NCBI GenBank assembly: GCA_043228905.1
Contig: JBHGNT010000007.1
Location: 10,416,001 to 10,480,000, forward strand
Reading direction: 5' to 3'
Origin: Azolla caroliniana
Lineage: Eukaryota > Plantae > Polypodiophyta
DNA: 64,000 bases
The translations under genes were made by a program, and so were the position numbers. Below, piece after piece: positions 59,979 to 64,000 of the stretch. Each line of letters starts with the position of its first letter. Position 1 is the first letter of the stretch. The notes under the pieces were generated by a model that made no database searches, was not told the origin of the DNA, and saw nothing but the letters and a program-made list of their open reading frames with translations.

Positions 59979-61272
59979 ATGACAAGGAAGACACCTACAA
60001 AGAAGAAAATGGTCACTGAAAATGTCATCACACCATGCAAGGAAAGAAAAAGGACCCCCATCAAAGAAAGTACGATGACCCCCCACCAAAGGGAGGTCGA
60101 AGTTTTCAGCAACTCGGGGCAAAAAGGTTCACATAAACATCCTTCGAGGTACAAAATTGGGATGGGGTTATTTCCTTCGTGCACGACCTGACACTTATGA
60201 AAACCTAGACATATGGATGATGAAAACTTGGGGCTCATCACAACCCGAGACACGAAGAGGTTTCCACCTCACTCAATTGAAGAAGGATTATATCACTGAA
60301 CTAAAGTCACGATATGAACAAGTTTATGGTACGAAACATATCCTAAACAATGAGGTAGGCTCTGTCTTTGCACGTGCCTTTGCATGTGAACTCCATGGTG
60401 GCATTGAAGTTGATTGGGAAGATTTTGCTCATCATCGATCATCACATTATAGAGGGTCCTCAAGTACCAACACTACCATGAAGTCTGAGGGTACCTCTCA
60501 TATTGAAATCCCAACTCGGACATCTCTGTTGACTCAACAAATTGCAAAACAGAAAGCCACATTGACAGAAAAACATGAAGAGCGAGTGTTGCGTTGTATA
60601 GCTTCCATGCAAACAAAAATGCAAGCACTGTTGGCCGATTTGGAAGAAGTTTCATTTGGTGAGATGGCAGCAGAGAAACAATTCACATCTATGTCGAATA
60701 CATACGAATGGATTGCATCAACAATCCAAAATTCAGAAAGTGATGTGTTAAAAGAGGAGTTGAAGAAGGAGCTCACAACTATGGGTACTCATCTGGAAGC
60801 ACAGAAGAATGATCTAGAGACATGGCGGTCTTCTCGTAATGAAATTGATGAGCAATTATCAGCCTTAAAGCTGCATTCAGAGAATCTAACATGTTTGATG
60901 AAGGTTCTAAAAGTAAAAGGTTTAGATACTCTATGTCCAGATGTAGTTGAGCACCCCGCTTGCATGGAAAGTACAATTAGAAACATTACTATATCACGGT
61001 AATGGTTTATATTTCTCCTTTTTGACCTTCTATGGTATAAAATATCAATGGTGCTGATATAGTGTATGTTGTGTCTCATTACTGAAGGTGTTTATTTTGT
61101 GGCCTTGGATTCAAGCTTGAGTCTATGGATGCTATCATTACACCATGCTTGCACACATATAATTTGTTATGTGCTAAGTACTATTTCGAGAAAGAAAATA
61201 TATGTTTGGACTGTAAAAGTACAGTTGGAGCCAAATGGTACCTAGCTTGGGGTTTGAAAGTACACTCCTATG
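59979..61272 (+). pseudogene. Spliced RING-finger gene copy 2 (basic N-terminus, FARAF domain, coiled coil, RING); likely frameshift at C-run ~60080; further acidic exons probable at 62197-63500
   Basis: ORF 60157-60998 (NNEVGSVFARAFACELHGGIEVDWEDFA, heptad-rich region); intron 60999-61087 GT-AG; exon 61088-61272 CLFC...PCLHTYNLLC...CLDC...W. Confidence 0.7.
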
Positions 61273-61384
61273 GTATGTGATTAAGCATTATGCAATTTTT
61301 ATACTATGACGTTATAATTTTACTTTTGGATATGTTCTTACAGTTGGATCTAGGATGATAAATCGATTTAGTGCAGATTATTTA

Positions 61385-62135
61385 GTACTAAAGGTCTTAA
61401 ATGTTTAGTTGTATAACTTGTATTAGTACTAAAATTGCATTGTACTTTTTTTGTCCACTTGACTTAGGCTTTGCATGATTGAACAAATAGGCATGTTAGT
61501 CTTGGTTGTTTAGTACTAACATTGTTCATTACCATCAGAAATATGCATGTCCAGGTGGTTCAATACTATTCCTTTAAGATCCTAAGATGTTGATTAAGTA
61601 CTAACAATACTTATTCCATTGTATTCCTTCGTGATCAATTGATTCAGTATTGATTATTTAGTATGGAGGGTCTTCAATGTTTAGTTGTATAACTCGTATT
61701 AGTACTAACATTGGTTAATTGCATTGTACTTTTTGAGTCCACTTGACTTAGGCTTTGCATAACCGAACAAATAGGCATGAAGGTCTTCGCTTTTTAGTAC
61801 TAACATTGTTCACCAGATGAAATATGCATGTCCAGGTGGCATAGTACTAATCCTTCAAGTTTCTAAAATGTTGATTAAGTACTAACATTACTTAATACAT
61901 TGTATTCCTTCATGATCAATTGATTTAGTATTGACTATTTGGTACGGAGGGTCCTAAATGTTTAGTTGTATAACTTGTACTAGTACTAACATTGCTTATT
62001 GCATTGTACTTTTTGTGTCCACTTGAATTAGGCTTTGCATGACCCAACAAATAAACATCAATGTGTTGGCTTTTTAGTACTAACATTGTTCATTACTAGA
62101 TGAAATATGCATGTCCAGGTGGATCAATACTATAT
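61385..62135. repeat. ~280-bp tandem repeat, about 2.7 copies, rich in TAGTACTA palindromes
   Basis: AATGTTTAGTTGTATAACT recurs at ~61400, ~61676, ~61957. Confidence 0.88.
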
Positions 62136-63380
62136 TTGTAATTTTGGACTTATGTTATAATATGTACTCTTATAATATGAATGTTGTAGTTTCTAGCAAC
62201 ACCACACCAGGGAAGGTAATTGACAAACCAGGCCCCGCGATACTATGTACAGAGTCTACAACAAATTCCAAAGTGCACAGTCATTCCTTAGTGGTACCTG
62301 ATGAAGTTTATGATGAAGATGAATGTATGAGAAAGGCCATTGGAACAGTTGAAGATGTGATGCTTGAAACAAAATCTCCTAGCTCAGCACGCCCTAACTG
62401 TGTGAATGGTAATGCTAACTATGTTTGCCTTTCTAATTTCTGAAATGTTGGTATACTACTAATTTATTATGTTTCTATCAAAGAGCCTACGAAGAAGCGT
62501 AATGCTACAAGGAAATTGTACGGAAAGGGGAAGAAATGCAAAGTTGATTGTTATGGTGGGTAATACAAATTCTCACAAACTTGTGGTAGTTGTCATCTTG
62601 ATGAGTTAGACTAATACTACATACTTTTGTTTTTAGAAAAGGAAGAAAAGAGTAATGAAAATGGAGATACAAATTCAGAGCCACAATATGAAGAAGAATT
62701 TATCTCACTTCCAAGTACATGTTGGGAGCCCTCTCATATAATTGTTATTTTGACCATATTACTTCACGTGACAATAATGTACAAGTGTATTAATACATAG
62801 AGAGAGTTGTGAAATATTGGCATGATGAAGAGCCCCAACTTGAAACTGGGACCATCCCAAGCAACAATGACGATGTAACAGTAGGTAAACATTTGGCTAG
62901 GTGCCTTCACTTTTTCCGAATGTGAATTGATATTGTTCTTGCATCACTTTACTGCTATTTAGGAGTAGAAGAGCATGTAGATTCACAAATACCATCAGAT
63001 GATTCAGGCAGTTTATGGAGCAATCTTGATTATTCAGGCTCAGATGCTACCACACATGGGGAATGTGAGATCACCCAAAAAGAGGAGCTGGAGTGGACAA
63101 AGCATGAGGTGACAAGCAACTTTGCAATGGAGGCTGCAGAGAATGGGAAATTGACCCCAAGGAGAGGATCATGGTTGTACAAAGAATGAGGTGTGTCCAA
63201 AACACCACAAGCAGCCTTAACCTAAGGCAAGGTTGTATCGTTAAGGAGACCCCCGCAACTACCCAAGAAGAAGGAGAGTGTGGTACTACAAATGAGGTGT
63301 CTTTCCAAAATACTACAAGTAGCTTGCACTTGGAGCAAGTGTCTAACTTGATCAACGGGGAGTTTGCAATGAAGACAAGC

Positions 63381-63504
63381 ACCCAAGATGAGGAACATGT
63401 TTGTACTCCTGATAATGTGGTAGTGGTGTCTACCCAAGATGAGGAACATGTTTGTACTCCTGATAATGTGGAAGTGGTGTCTACCCAAGATGAGGAACAT
63501 GTTT
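63381..63504 (+). repeat. 51-bp (17-codon) tandem repeat, ~2.4 copies
   Basis: ACCCAAGATGAGGAACATGTTT at 63381, 63432, 63483 (TQDEEHVCTPDNVxVVS). Confidence 0.9.
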
Positions 63505-63733
63505 TGTTAGGAAACAGGTCCCTCCGGATGGGAAGTGAGAAGAACTGTGTTGATGAGCAACTCGGTCGAGGCCGATAGGCCGAGGCCGAAACCGGAAATC
63601 GTGGAGATAGCCAACACGGAAGGCTAAACTTGTAAATAGTCGAAAGGTTACATTAGTATATAAGTACTTAGGGGAATCATGTTACATATGTGCGTTATTG
63701 TAGAGTTACTGTGGACGAGGTTGTTGCCTCTGG
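63505..63733 (+). repeat. Truncated LTR fragment of Copia-1 family
   Basis: TGTTAGGAAACAGGTCCCTCCGGATGGGAAG matches the reverse complement of 3278-3248; ATTAGTATATAAGTACTTAGGG matches its TATA region. Confidence 0.85.
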
Positions 63734-64000
63734 GTTGCAACATGGGAATGGGAACAATTAGTTATGTCCTTGACATAGCTAATTAGCTATCTAAAAAGCT
63801 ACATGTAATCTGTATATTTTGGCAATTTTAGGGATGATTAGAATTTGAACTCAAATAAAGACTAGCTAAACGGTGGAACATAAATGGTAATATTTCCATC
63901 CCCATCATAAATGATACATATCTTTAAGATCTTCCTACGAAAAATTAGCTATAAAAAAAACTATTTAGCTATGGTCAATTTACCAGCTAAATAGCTATAA

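Larger units (their letters stand above)
51225..64000. mobile_element. CACTA/En-Spm-like DNA transposon, apparently non-autonomous; right terminus predicted at ~64005
   Basis: Starts CACTATTATAGCTAA at 51225; 51230-51269 TTATAGCTAATTTGCTGGCAAAATGGCCATAGCTATTTAG matches the reverse complement of the last 40 nt (TTATAGCTATTTAGCTGGTAAATTGACCATAGCTAAATAG); looser similarity continues ~60 nt further. Confidence 0.8.

Noticed and set aside
51225-64000. Autonomous CACTA transposase or Helitron Rep/Hel
   Set aside because: No Tnp2/TnpD or helicase motifs recognised in any frame.

Overview
Eukaryotic nuclear DNA from a TE-dense region of a plant, probably a non-seed land plant (bryophyte, lycophyte or fern; inferred from Tcn1-like chromoviruses and fungus-like Gypsy elements). 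Only one clearly intact host gene is present: the 6-exon meiotic gene HOP2 (22826-24054, +). The rest is three transposon piles. (1) 1-21.7 kb: a minus-strand non-chromovirus Gypsy with an extra 3' ORF, interrupted by a Copia and by a near-intact tRNA-Trp-primed Gypsy (5846-12827) that has a 4-bp TSD and a predicted -1 frameshift after the protease; solo LTRs and Copia debris follow. (2) 26.4-51.1 kb: an old Copia hosting two Tcn1-like chromoviruses and two younger Copias, nested three deep, with all four inner junctions resolved by TSDs. The chromovirus LTRs carry antisense tRNA-like A/B boxes, heat-shock elements and self-priming complementarity, and one has an inversion that starts exactly at the self-priming site. 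(3) 51225 to window end: a CACTA-like element with ~100-bp imperfect TIRs and no visible transposase. It carries two probably paralogous spliced RING-finger genes, one with an intron made almost entirely of the TAGCTAATTAGCTA palindrome also seen in the TIRs, plus a solo LTR, a Copia fragment and a 5'-truncated LINE. All coordinates, alignments and counts were done by eye; no searches were run.
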